Shown here in pieces: positions 39,433-52,417 of a DNA stretch of 64,000 nt (position 1 is the first letter of the stretch; every line of letters starts with the position of its first letter). Both the position numbers and the translations under genes were made by a program. The DNA is from Vicugna vicugna (Eukaryota). A model generated the notes under the pieces. It was not told where the DNA came from. It did no database searches and was given only the letters and a program-made list of their open reading frames with translations. Where the stretch lies: NCBI GenBank assembly GCA_013265495.1, contig MU058213.1, forward strand, positions 310,001 to 374,000, written 5' to 3'.

Positions 39433-40699
39433 TAGATATATTACTTAATCTAAAATAAATAATATATATACGTATCACTAGATCACTGTATCTAAATTTG
39501 ATTTTTTAGATATTTTAAAAATTAAAAAAAATAGGTATTTTAAAATCTATATTTCAAAGTAACTTGTTTCCTGCTTAATGCAATGTGTTTTCTTTTATGT
39601 ATTTAACAACATCCTTCTGGAGTCCATGTATTTGACCAGACTGCCAAAAAGTCCAAGACCCAAGAAAAGCTGGGAGTAGAAGCAGGGGGAAGCATTAAAG
39701 GGATTACATTGAAGAAGCGAGGACTAGATGGGTCCAAGATAGCTATTTTAACCTACCTGGCACAGAGTAAGCACTGAAGATCGGTTCATTATTACTGTTA
39801 GCATTAAAAAATTATATGTATTTGTGTCCTTTAGCTGTGTGTGATATATGCTACTTTGTGATCTCCATTTTTCACTAAAAAACAGAACATAAATATTCCT
39901 TGTCACTACACATTTTTAATATCACCTTAATGGTCACTTGCAGAAGTGTATCATTATTTATTCAATTAATTCTCAAACATAGGACATATACATTCTTGTT
40001 TTTCTTGTTATTAAAAAAAAAACCATGACAAACATCAGTGTTGAATCGTTGCACATCCATGATTATCTCCTTAGGATAGATTCTAAAACTGGAATCAGGA
40101 TGCATTACTCAGTGTACTAGAGGTACTAGATTCAGTCCCTTGAAGATTTCCACTCCTAGCTGGGGTCTCATCTTTCCTCCTTGGCTCCCACACACATGAG
40201 CAGCTGTCTGAGTTAACCTTCCTGGTTCAGCTCAAGCCCCCGTAGTGTCCCCAGACGTACACACGCCTTTTGCCTGATCTATTGACTTTTAATATAGAAT
40301 TAAATAAAGCAACAGGAACCAAAATTAAATTCCTACCATCCACTTGGTGGCAGTATTTCCTAAATGTTGGGCAGAATATCCTGGAGGAAATAAGTACCTA
40401 TTTCAAGAGTACCTTCCGCATAAACCAATCCTGTAAGTGATGGCCAAAGTCACATGAATGGAAAGAGGTAGGATTGTTTTAGCAAACACTCACTAGGTCA
40501 GCACAGTGTTATTGTAATTCTAGAAGTTTATTTGGGGGATTGTGTCAATAAATAGCTTCTTTTTAAAAGCTTATAATGTTGATTTTTCTCATTAAAAATA
40601 TATTGCAAAATTTCTTAATAGAGAAAATAAATCACATATACTTTATTAACATAACATGTTAGCACATTATGTTCCTTTCTGGTCCTTTCTTCTTTAAGT

Positions 40700-40841
40700 A
40701 TATATATATGTATATATACTTATATTTATTTATATATTTATATACACATATAAATTTTTTTTAAATGGAGGTACTGGGGATTGAACCCAGGACCTTGTGC
40801 ATGCTAAGCACATGCTCTACTACTGAGCTATTACCTTCCCC
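40700..40841 (-). mobile_element. vic-1-like SINE with AT-microsatellite tail
   Basis: Consensus body at 40754-40841. Confidence 0.85.
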
Positions 40842-41159
40842 TCAAGTATATTTTTATAGTTGTAATCAAACTATACATAAGATGACTCCTTCACTTCTAA
40901 CATTAATCACGTTGAAAAATTAAGTTTTACATTGAAATAAAATGTATTAAATATGTTAATAATATGTATTACTAGGAGAGGTGACTTATTTACTTCTTTA
41001 AATATTTTGGTATTTTGGTATTTTCTACTTTTAAAATCAGAACAAATTTAATCCTAAAAATTCTCTTTGGTTCCATTTGTACCATATACAATCCACCATT
41101 TCTGCCCCTAGATGTATCCACTACAGAAAGGCAAACAAATGTTATTTCCTAAGGCACTG

Positions 41160-42890
41160 TACTAAATTGTTTATAGCAACATTATTTCATCTTGGTTGAT
41201 GACCTTGCTTCCTACCCACCAAGAAAACTTAAGCAATCACAAGAGAACTTTCACAAGTTGTCTACCACCTGCCACCTACTAGACCTGCACTCAAACACTC
41301 GGCCTTTGTCCTTCAGCTCTGGAGGATGAAGTGGTCCTGCGATGGCCAGCCTGCAGCTGTACTCTCGCTAGATCTTAACCTTCTCACCTATTCAAGAACA
41401 CAGCCCCAGGAGAAGGGTACAGCTCAAGTGGTAGAATGCATGATTAGCATGTAAGAGGCCCTGTGTTTAATCTCCAGTATATCCTCTAAAAATAAATAAA
41501 CGAATCTAATTATCTCCCCCTCCAATTAAATAAAAATTAAGAACACAGCTCCAGCAATTTTTCCCTCTCTGTCCTACATCAAAAAATTGTTTGCTTTCTG
41601 CCAAATTGTTCCCATCAACCTACCAATAAATATACAGTATTTACCTCATCTTTCAAAAAGCCTATTAGCCCCAACTTTCTGTCCAACTCCTATTCCTTTC
41701 CTTTTACAAGAAATCTCAGCTAAAGATATGTCTATACTCAGTGTCTACAATTTCTCTCCCCTCCACCATTCCATCTTGAAACTGTCCGGTCAGGTTTGAC
41801 CCCAGCATTCAAACTGAGACCATTCTCAAGGTCACCAGAGCCCACTGTGCTATTAAACACTAAGTTAATTTCTCTGATCTCATCTTATTTGACCCAGCAG
41901 GATTTGTTTAGATGATCCCTCTCTCTTCCTTAGAATACTTTCTTCACTTGGTTTCCAGTTGCTTGGCTTTCTTCCTATCAATTTTGGCTGCTCCCATTGA
42001 ATCTCTTTTTCTGGTTCTACCTTAATTCACTTCTATGTCTTTGAGGGCCCCAGAGCTTCACTGGGTCTCTCCTTTTTTCAGTCTACACTCACTGAGATGG
42101 TGACTTCATTCCATCTCATTACTTTACAAACCATCCATATGCAATCAACTTTTAAATTTGCATCCCCAGCTTGTACTTCTTCTCTGAACTCAAGACCCGT
42201 ATGAGCTTGCTGGACACCTCCATTTGGATACTTAACAATGCACCTCAAGCTTAACATGTCTACAACCGAGTTTCCAAGAGCCACTCACCACCACCAAACA
42301 CACACACACACACACACACACACATTTTTCTTCTTGCATTCCCCATCTCAACTGACAATTCCACCCTTTGAGTTGCTTAAGCAAGTTTTGACTTCTCTCT
42401 CACACCTCACATCTGGTTAGTCGCCAAATTCTATTGGCTTTGCCTTCAAAATACATTCAGAAGGCGATCATTCTAGTCCAGTCCACCATGGGCTCTCCAT
42501 TAGATTCTACAATAGCCTCACTTCTCTTCTTCTTTCTAGTCTTTCCCCACTTCAGTCTATTCTCAAAGTGGCAGCTAAATTGATCCTTTTATTTTGAAAT
42601 AGGAAGGTCAGATTCTGTCACTTCTTTGCTCAAAACTTGGCAATGGTTGCCCTATCATTTGAAACAAAACCCCAACTCCTTCCTGTGACCTACAGCATCT
42701 TGTCTTTACTAACTCTGACTTCATGCTACTCCCTTCTACTCTTCTCTTGCTTCCTCAATCTGCTGCAGCCACATTGGCCTCTTTTCCCACCCCAGATCCT
42801 TTTCATGTCCTCTTTCCTCTGAAGGTGCCCCCTGATATCCCCAGGACCAGCTTTCCCATTTCCTTAAGTGCTTACTCAAAAGTCACCTTC
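41160..42890 (+). mobile_element. L2 fragment containing a vic-1-like SINE (41410-41538)
   Basis: L2 motifs (ctcaaggtcacca; cacctcaagcttaacatgtc). SINE flanked by a 16-bp TSD AAGAACACAGC(C/T)CCAG. Confidence 0.78.
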
Positions 42891-42892
42891 TC

Positions 42893-43570
42893 ATCCTGCA
42901 ATCCCACTCCTGGGCATATATCCAGAGGGAACTCTAATTTGAAAAGATACATACACCCCAATGTTCATAGCAGCACTATTTACAATAGCCAAGACACAGA
43001 AGCACCCTAAATGTCCATTAACAGATGACTGGATAAAGAAGTTGTGATATATTTATACAGTGGAATACTACACAGTGATAAAAAAGAATAAAATAATGCC
43101 ATTTGCAGCAACCTGGATGGACCTAGAGATTTTCATTCTAAGTGAAGTAAGCCAGGAAGAGAAAGAAAAATACCATGTGATATCACTCATATGTGGAATC
43201 GAAAAAAGGAAAAAGAAAAAAAGAGGACATTAATGAGCTCATCTACAAAACAGAAACAGACTTGCAGACATAGAAAACAATCTTATGGTTACCAGGGGAA
43301 AGGAGTTGGGGAGGGATAAATTTGGGAGTTTGAGATTTGCAAATGTTAGCCACTATATATAAAAATAGATTAAAAAAACAAATTTCTTCTGTATAGTACA
43401 GGAAACTATATTTAATATCTTGTAATAACCTTTAATGAAAAAGAATATGAAAATGAATCTATGTATTCATAGATTCTGGGAATTCATAGATTCATAGTGA
43501 CTGGGACGTTGTGCTGTACACCAGAAATTGACACATTGTAACTAACCGTACTTCAATTAAAAAAAAATAA
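42893..43570 (+). mobile_element. L1 3' end with poly(A)
   Basis: atcccactcctgggcatatatccagag...gaaattgacacattgtaact...cttcaattaaaaaaaa. Confidence 0.88.
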
Positions 43571-45801
43571 TAAGTAAGGCCAAAACTGGAATAATTTAAA
43601 TGTGACGTGACCGAGATAAGCAGAACTAACCTGGATACCACACTAGTATTAGAAGAGCCTAAATGGTGTTACCTTATTTTTAGTGGCCCATGGGGTAAAT
43701 AAACACCACAGTTTGCTTTTAAATTATAAAAAATGAGATTATAAAAATGTGACTGTTAAGATACTTTCACATGAATGTATTGGTACAACCAGCTAAATGC
43801 GGCTTAAACTTTAAATAATTAACTTTTTCACATAACAAAACAACTAGACATAAGACAATCTGTGACTAAATCTTTTTTTTTAAAGTAACCCGGTGATTTG
43901 TATGTACATTATAATTTGAGAAACACTGCAACCTGAGAGATTTTCCCTTAAATCACATTAAACCTCGCTTGTTACCAGGAATGGAATTACTGATGGTTCT
44001 CAATTCTGGCTGCACTTTCAAGTCACCTTAGGAAATCTTTGCCAACTCCAAGGCCACTAAGATTTACTCCTCTGCTTTCTTCCCGAATTTTTATACTTTT
44101 AGCTTTTACATTTAGGTCCGTGATCCATACTGAGTTAATTTTTGTAAACTAGGTAAGATTCAAGGTGTAATTTTTTTTTTTGCCCATAGCTATCTAAATG
44201 CAACTCCAAAACCACAAATTATAAAAGAAAAAGTTCCATAAGTTGTACTTTATCAAAATTAAATTCTTTTGCCTCAAACACATGGTTAAGAAGATAAAAA
44301 AGCAAGCCACTAATTATGAAAAATATTGAGAAAACAATCAAACCAACCAGAAGAAGTGGAGAGGCGGAGTAATTTTGCAAGACAGTTGGTCAATGAAATG
44401 AAAAAAGAAAGAGGAAAGGAGAATGTTCTAGATTACAAGAGGCTTAAGAGACATAATTAAATGGTTTGAGCAAACCAAGCATAAAGACACACTGGGAACA
44501 ACTGAGAAAATTTAAATATGGGCTGGGTATTAATCAGTATTTCTTCAAGTTAAGAAGGTGTGTTGCCCAATTTATTGCAGACCATTACATTTGTAAAATT
44601 AAATTAAATTAAATTAAATTGCTAGAAAAATGAAGTAAAATAGAGATGTACAACAAACCAGGTCTATGGCTTTTATTGTTATTAAAGTCAAGAGACATAA
44701 AATTATCCTATGAAATTGTTGTATTTACTTATAAAAGCTTACTTTCTGTTTCTTTACTCATTTCTTCACAGACAAGTAGCAGTGTATGGACCAACACTAT
44801 GATCCATGCATCACATTTTATGCAGCAATGTACTGGATGATATTAGGAATTATTATTAATTATGTCAGGTTTGATGATGGTACTGAGACAGGGGGAAAAA
44901 ATCCCACGTTTCTGAGAAAAAAGATTGTACTGAAGCTATTATAACAAGTAGCCACCACAAGTGGTTTTAAACCTGCTTGATCAATAAATGATAGCTCTAT
45001 AACCCTGGTGACAAATAACCACCAGAACTAGTTTTACATCTGTTTAATCAATCAGTCACCATTTGCCTCAATCCAATTTGTGATCTAATCCTTCTGTGAC
45101 AGTCTCTTGCTTCTGAGTCAGTCAATTGGGATTTACTCCAATGAACATGCTTTTGAAGGCCAACCAGTCAGCTCACTTTAGTAACTTCCTCAGCTCTGAA
45201 AACTCAGTCCCACCTCTAAAAATCCACTAGTCTCTAAACTCCACTCTTCTCAAAAACCCTATTTAAGATCAACGGTCTGCCCTACCCGGATATATTGTCC
45301 CTGACCAGTATACCACCTGTTTACTTACAAGTAAGTAATAACTATAGCTTTGCATTTCAAATGTTAATGGTCTCATCCTTTGACAATAGATAAAAAGCAT
45401 CTTTATATGTCAGAGATGCTTATCAAAGTATTCAGATGTAAAATAAAATGATGACTGTTGTTTATTTTGATATGCTTTAGCAAAAAAAAGCAGATATGAC
45501 AAAATGTTGTTAAATCTAGATGATAGGTCTATTAGGATTCATTATGCTAGTCTCTCTACTTTTCTATATGTGTGAAATTTTTCATAACAGCATTTTTAAA
45601 TAGACACATCTCCTTTCTGAAAAAAAAATTAAAGAACAACAGAAAGAGAAAAAATATAGCATTGCCGGGTTCAATTTTTCATTCAATAACTAATCAGAGA
45701 AAAATTAAATCAAGCCCCACGGTACTCGAAGTCTGCAGATTTCCTTGTCTTCTCTCTCCACATCTGATGCTCTGATCCACTCTGATGCTCCCTCATTCTT
45801 T

Positions 45802-45870
45802 TTTTTTTAACATTTTTTATTGATTTATAATCATTTTACAATGTTGTGTCAAATTCCAGTGTTCAGCACA
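45802..45870 (-). mobile_element. 69-bp young L1 3' tip
   Basis: Perfect 14-bp TSD CTCCCTCATTCTTT (45788-45801 / 45871-45884) and poly(T). Confidence 0.85.
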
Positions 45871-46500
45871 CTCCCTCATTCTTTGAAGAATACCGTGGTC
45901 CTACAGAGTAGGCTCCTCAGCTTCCTTCTTTTGTCTCACACTTTCGTCTTTATCCTTGTACCTTCATCTTTGCCTGTTTTTTTTTTAATTTATCTTATTT
46001 ATTTCTGCCTTAGAAGAAAAATAAAATAATTCTACTTTTCCATGACCAACTGCTTTGTGCAAATGATTCCACCCCTCCTGGCATGGTTCTTGTATTTTCT
46101 ATATTATGGCTTCTTTCACCAATCTAAAAATGTGCTTAAGACAAAGGTTCCCTAACTTCCTTGGTTTATGGTGCCCTAACTCTTAAACAAAATGCACAGG
46201 GGTTCCTGTTCACACTTAGAACTTTCAGAAGAAATAGGTCCTCTAAAAAAAGAAGCTCCCCAGAGAAATCTGAAATGCAAAGGACGGAGTTGGGCCAGCT
46301 TAGTCCATTCTGTTGTTCGCCCCTGCCAACCTGCAGACTGTCCTTCTAATGCTCTCATAGGGGGTTCTGAGCTTCATTTTTAAAAGGAAGAAATTCTGTG
46401 CTCTAAACATGGAAATGGGTTTTCTGCTTCCAAGTCTTCATATTTGCCGAAATCAAATTTGGACAAATGAGAAAGAGTGTGAACCTACTCAACTTCTGTA

Positions 46501-46772
46501 GGCACCACTTGCCAAAGAGACTGTCTTTTCTCCATTGTATATTCTTACCTCCTTTGTCGAAAATTAATTGACCATAAGCGTGTGGGTTTATTTCTGGGTC
46601 TCTATTCTGTTCCATTGATCCATGTATCTGTTTTTGCGCCCATATCATGTTGTTTTGGTTACTGTAGCCCTGTCGTATTGTCTGAAGTCTAGGAGGATTA
46701 TGCCTCCTGCTTCATCCTTTTTCTTTAGCATTGCTTTGGCAATTCTGGGTCTTTTGTGGTTCCATATAAATT
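46501..46772 (-). mobile_element. L1 ORF2 fragment
   Basis: Translates to ...[31 protein letters not shown], an L1 ORF2 motif. Confidence 0.9.
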
Positions 46773-48127
46773 AAATTCTTTTTATTTAAAAAAAGAACAG
46801 TTCTCTGAAATGCAATACAAAATTCAATAATATTCTGGCTGTCATTTTTGTCATACACATGTGTCCTGTAGAAGTTGACACAGCTCCTGTACTTTAATAC
46901 AGAACTCAGAATTGTTAAAAATTATTTATACTTATTAATTTATTCAAACATCTCTTTGAAAATCTTTGAATAATTCTTTTGGATTATCATTGCAGATTTT
47001 ACAATTTCCTGGCTTTAAAAGTTTTTAATGTAAATTTGCACATGGAAGAGTGAGGAACTAGTAAAATGAACCCCCATATACACATCTAGACACCAATGAT
47101 TAACAATCTGCCATATTTGCTTCAGCTATATTTTTTTTCTGATTTTTTTTAAAAGGCAAATTTTAACATCATGACATTTCACTCCCTAAATACTACAGTG
47201 GTCATCTCTAAAAATTAAGGATATATAACCACAATCCCTAGCAAATTAACATTATTCTTTTATATCATAAAATACCCAATCCATATCTAAATTCTCCATT
47301 TGTACCACAGGCGTCCTTTCTAGTTGGTTTGCTCAAAATAGCATCCAGTGAAGGCCCACACAAGGCATTTGTTACATCCCTTCAGCCTTGTGAAATCTGG
47401 AACTGTTTCCAAGTGCACTTTTCCTTCCATGACGATGACTTGCTGAGGAGGTTGGAAGAGTTGTCTGGTGTTTTTTGCCTTCTGGATTTGTCGTATTGCT
47501 TCCTTATGGAAACACAGAATTTATTCCTAGAATTAAAGGTCCCCTAAAATTTAGATCTAAAGGCTTGATTAGATTCAAATAAATATTTTTTTGAAGACTA
47601 CTTCAGAGGTACTTCAAACTGCATCATAACAGGATATTCATACATCTGGTTGCCCCGCTGTTTGTGATGTGAAGATTGATTCCTAGATTTGAATAGTTAC
47701 AGCTGGATTCTTTCTAAAAAATATAACAGCTTTACTGAAATATAATTCACGTACCATACAATTTATCGACTTAAAGCATGTAATTCAGTGGTTTTTAGTA
47801 ATAATCACAAAGTTGTGTAACTATCACCACAACCATTTTTAGAAAATTTTCATTATCCCTGAAAGATACCCCATACCTATTAGCAGTCACCCCCAGTTCC
47901 CAACAACCCCCCCAGTAGGCAAACACTGATCTACTTCTGTCTCTATAGATGTGTCTATTCTAGACATTTCATATAAATAGAATCACACAATATATGGTGA
48001 CATCCTGGTTCCTGCATTGTAAAATTGCATCCTTCTTTTCCCCATGACTAGCAAATAATCTGTGAGGTCAAAAGTTACATAAATAACGAAAACTCCTTTT
48101 CTAATAGTGAGAAAACAGATACACACA

Positions 48128-48267
48128 TTTTCTTTTAAATTTTATTCATTTATTATTTTTAATGTCTTTTTTTAATACCTTATTTTTAATGAAAGTAATG
48201 GGGATTGAACCTAGGACCTCCTGCATGCTAAGCATGTACTCTACCGCTGAGTTATTATACCCTCCCC
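48128..48267 (-). mobile_element. vic-1-like SINE
   Basis: Same consensus, reverse strand. Confidence 0.82.
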
Positions 48268-49445
48268 TCCAACATTTTAAAAAGTTAAGGTATTAATGTC
48301 AAAAATCCTTAAGTAATACTCAACTATCTTTGATCTGTAGAACTTCTTGTCTTGCTGGACTTCCAATTTTTTTTACTATGCCACGATGTAACATTTACAA
48401 TTGTGCAAAAGAGGAGGGAGACGATCTTTGGAAAAAGATAAGTTGTCTGAGAGACTGCCAGAATCAGGAAGATGATTTTCCACTGCATTTGTGTTTTTCT
48501 TCAGCTCATTTAATAACATGTAATTCCAAAATAATTCATAGAGGTACTCAATATTTACCTTTCAAATACTTACATTAGTGGCACTGTCTCTGTAACTTAA
48601 TCGCACACTAGAATTACCCAGGAAATTTTTAAAGACTTACAATGCCAATGCTCAGGTTCAACTCCAGGCCAAATAAATCAGCATCTTTGAAAGTAGAATG
48701 AACACTTGATAGTGATGCTTGTGTACTTAATTTTATATCCCCCTCAAGAGGCACATAATGTTAAGTCCCATAATGAGTGATGCTAAGTTTCATCACCAAA
48801 TGAAACTGGTAACTACCAAATAACTCCAGTTTTTAAAGGTACATTTCTGTTTTGCATTAGCAATTAATCTGCAGAGTGATATTTTAGAAACTTGGAAAAA
48901 ATTTTCACCCAATGGTTTTAGAATTCATTGATAATTCTTCCACTACACGGTGGCAAAGTGGTGATTTTCTAGTTCTAGTATTCTTTTCTAATTTGTTAGC
49001 TTGCATCCTTCTGTAAAGAAGGAAGATTCCAACTCTCTCTCGCTGCTTTTTAAGTATCCACTTATGGATGCATGGATTGTTTGTCCTGTGTTACTTTCAG
49101 TTATTCTATGTCATTACAGGCATTATTTTGATGCTAAAATTGTCCTGAGTTTGTAATTGGGATCTCTTTAAGCCAGCTCCCTGTCTGAATCCCAGGACCC
49201 CATGAATATGTTATTTTATATGGCAATAAAGACTTTACAAATGTGATTAAATTAAGGACCTTGAGGTGAGGGAATTACCCTGGATTATTATGGTTGGGGT
49301 CCTTAAAACAGATAACCTTTCCAAACTGTGGTCAGAAGGAGATGTGACTACTGAAGAAGGGTCAGAGAGAGAAGCAATCCTGTTGGATATGAAGATGGAG
49401 GAAGTGGGCCATGAGCCGTGGAATATGGTGGCCTCTAAAAGCTGG

Positions 49446-51599
49446 AAAATCTGTTGCACTTTTTTTTATTAGGAAAAAATGTCATATTTTAATAGAAGAT
49501 CATCATTTATGAAAATGCATGCCAAAATAACGCAACAAATCGTCTTAAAGAAAAAGCACAATGACAGAAAACTGGATATACTACACCTTTCAAGAGCCTG
49601 CAGCCAGGCTAATTGGAAATCAACACATGACTCCCACCACCCCACACATGAGTATGTACAGGTTATATAAGCCAAGATTTCAAAAACACACTGGAAGAGA
49701 AGGAGGAAGACACCCGTATTATCTATATGTGTTGCACTTCTTTACACTAACAATAAAATATCAGAAAAGGAAAGTAAAAAAAAAAAAATCCCTTTTAAAA
49801 TCGCATTAAAAAAAGAAAAAACTTTGGAGTAAACCTGACCAAGGAGGTGAAAGACTTACATGTCAAGAACTATAAAACACTGATGAAAGAAATTTAAGAT
49901 GATTTACAGAAATGGCAAGATATCCCATGCTTTTGGATTGGAAGAAAAAATATTTTTAAAATGGTCACACAACCCAAAGCAATCTACATTTTTCATAGAA
50001 CTAGAACAAATAATCCTAAGATTTATATGGAATCAGAAAAGACCAAGAATTGCCAAAGCAATACTGAAGAAAAAGAACAAGCCGGATCCCAGACTTCAGA
50101 CAATACTACAAAGGTACAGTAACTAAAGCAGCACAGTATTGCCACAAAAACAGACCTGTGGATCAATGCAACAGAGAGCCCAGATATAAACCCCCACACC
50201 TATGGTCAATTAATCTTCCACAGAGGAGACAGGAATATAAAATGGAGAAAAGACAGTCTCCTTGGCAAGTGGTGTTGGGAAAGCTAGACAGCTACATGTA
50301 AATCAATGAAATGAGAACACTCCCTCACACCGTACACAAAAATAAACTCAAAATGGCTTAAAGACTTAAACATAAGGCAGAGCACCATAAATCTCCTAGA
50401 AGAGCACATAGGCAAAACATCCTCTGACATAAATTGTAGCAATGTTTTCCTAGGTTAGTCTTCCAAGGCAATATAAATAAAAGCAAAAATAAATGAGACC
50501 TAATCAAACTTATAAGCTTTTGCACAGCAAAGGAAACCATAAGCAAAATGAAAATACAACCTACAGACTGGGAGGAAATATTTGCAAATGATGCAACTGA
50601 CAAGGGTTTAACTTCCAGAATATACAAACAGCTCATACAACTCAGTAACAGAAGAATAAACAATCCAGTCGAAAAATGGGCAGAAGACCTAAATAGACAT
50701 TTCTCAAATGAAGACATACAGATGGCCAATAGGTACATGAAAGGATGCTCAATATCACTAATTATTAGGGAAGTGAAAATCAAAACTGCAATGAGGTATC
50801 ACCTCACACCAGTCAGAATGCCCATCATTCACAAGTCCACAAACGATAAATGCTGGAGAAAGTGTGGAGAAAAGGGAACCCTCCTGCACTGTTGGTGAGA
50901 ATGTAATTTGGTGCAGCCATTATGGAAAACAGTATGGAGATTCCTTAAAAAACTAAAAATAAACTTAGCATATGATCCACTCCTGGGCATATATCTGGAG
51001 GAAACTCCAACTCAAAAAGACACATGCACCCCAATGTTCATAGCAACACTATTTACAATATCTAGGACATGGAAGCTACCTAAATGTCCGTAGATAGATG
51101 ACTGGATAAAGAAGCTGTGGTATATTTATACAATGGAATACTACCCAGCCATAGAAAACAAGGAAATAATGCCATTTGCCTTAATGGCTGGACCATTAAT
51201 GGATGGACCTAGAGATTATCATATTACGTGAAGTAAGTCAGACAGAGGAAGACAAATATCACATAGTATCACTTATATGTGGGATCTAAAAAAATGAGAC
51301 AAACTTATTTACAAAACAGAAACAGACTCACAGTCACAGAAAACAAACTTATGGTTACCAAAGGGGAAAGGGTGAGGGGAGGGATAAATTAGGAGTTTGG
51401 GATTAACAGCTACACACTACTATATATAAAATAGATAAACAAAAAGACCCTACTGTATAGCACAGGGAACTATATTCAGTAGCTTGTAATAACCTGTAAT
51501 GAAAAAGAATACATACATATGTATACTGAATCCCTATGCTGTACACCAGAAACTAACACAACATTGTAAATCAACTATACTTCAATCAAAAAAAAAAAA
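49446..51599 (+). mobile_element. 5'-truncated L1 (ORF2 C-terminus + 3' UTR + poly(A)), interrupted near its 5' end by a retrocopy
   Basis: ORF fragments [31 protein letters not shown] and [11 protein letters not shown]...[10 protein letters not shown]...[15 protein letters not shown]; poly(A) at ~51588-51599. Confidence 0.93.
49462..49729 (-). pseudogene. Probable processed (retroposed) mRNA 3'-end fragment of unidentified source
   Basis: TSD TGTTGCACTT (49452-49461 / 49730-49739), minus-strand A-tail, ATTAAA at 49488-49493, non-repeat-like content. Confidence 0.65.
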
Positions 51600-52227
51600 G
51601 CAGGTATCTTCAAATTTCTCCCTCCCACAAGATTCACTGTTCACCCAACCCTGTGCCCAAGAAGGCTGATTTATAAGGACTGCCACAGTGCCTCCCTCGC
51701 CCTCTGGTTTCTGATTGAGTTCAGCCACAGGGGCCACTGTAAGAGATGAACAGAAGAGAGGAGAAATTTATTTCCTTAGCTCCTTCTGTGTTAGCGTGTC
51801 TCCTGTTGGCTGCATCTTCTACTGAAGGCTACAGCCCTGTCAGCTGGCCTCTTAAACACCTCATTCCAGGATCAAGCCTTGAGTGGTAAGGGCTCCCACC
51901 TGTGACCTGGCACAGGCTACTGCACCTTTCCATGTTGCTTCGCCCAAGCTCCACCCTTGCCTTTGATCAGACTTATACTTTTTAAAGATCTCTCTGGTTG
52001 CTTTAAAGTATGAGATGGAGAGATGGTGATACAGGGCAAGAGGAAGGGAAGCAGAGAGATATTGACAGTTCAAGCCAGAACTGATCTGAAAATCTTGAAT
52101 TTATGAATGCTGTCTGAGAAACACAGGGCTCTGAGCTCCCTTTATTCACTCAATGTTCTCAATAACTAGCTATGTGCCAGGCACTATTATAGGCACTCAG
52201 GATAGACAGATTAAACATTATATAATG

Positions 52228-52417
52228 TGTACTATACAAAATAGATAAACAAGGTTCTACTGTTTGACACAGTAGGGAATTATATTCAATATCTTGTAAT
52301 AACCTATAATGATAAAGAATATGAAAAAGGATATATATGTATGTATGACTGAATCACTACGCTATACACCAGACACTAACACAACATTGTAAATCAATTC
52401 TATTTCAATTAAAAAAG
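52228..52417 (+). mobile_element. Short L1 3' end
   Basis: Alignable to the L1 3' end at 51420-51599. Confidence 0.85.

Noticed and set aside
50548..50898. 116-aa ORF as a functional gene
   Set aside because: It is a fragment of L1 ORF2 in a truncated, frameshifted element; the antisense ORF 50358..50783 is its shadow.
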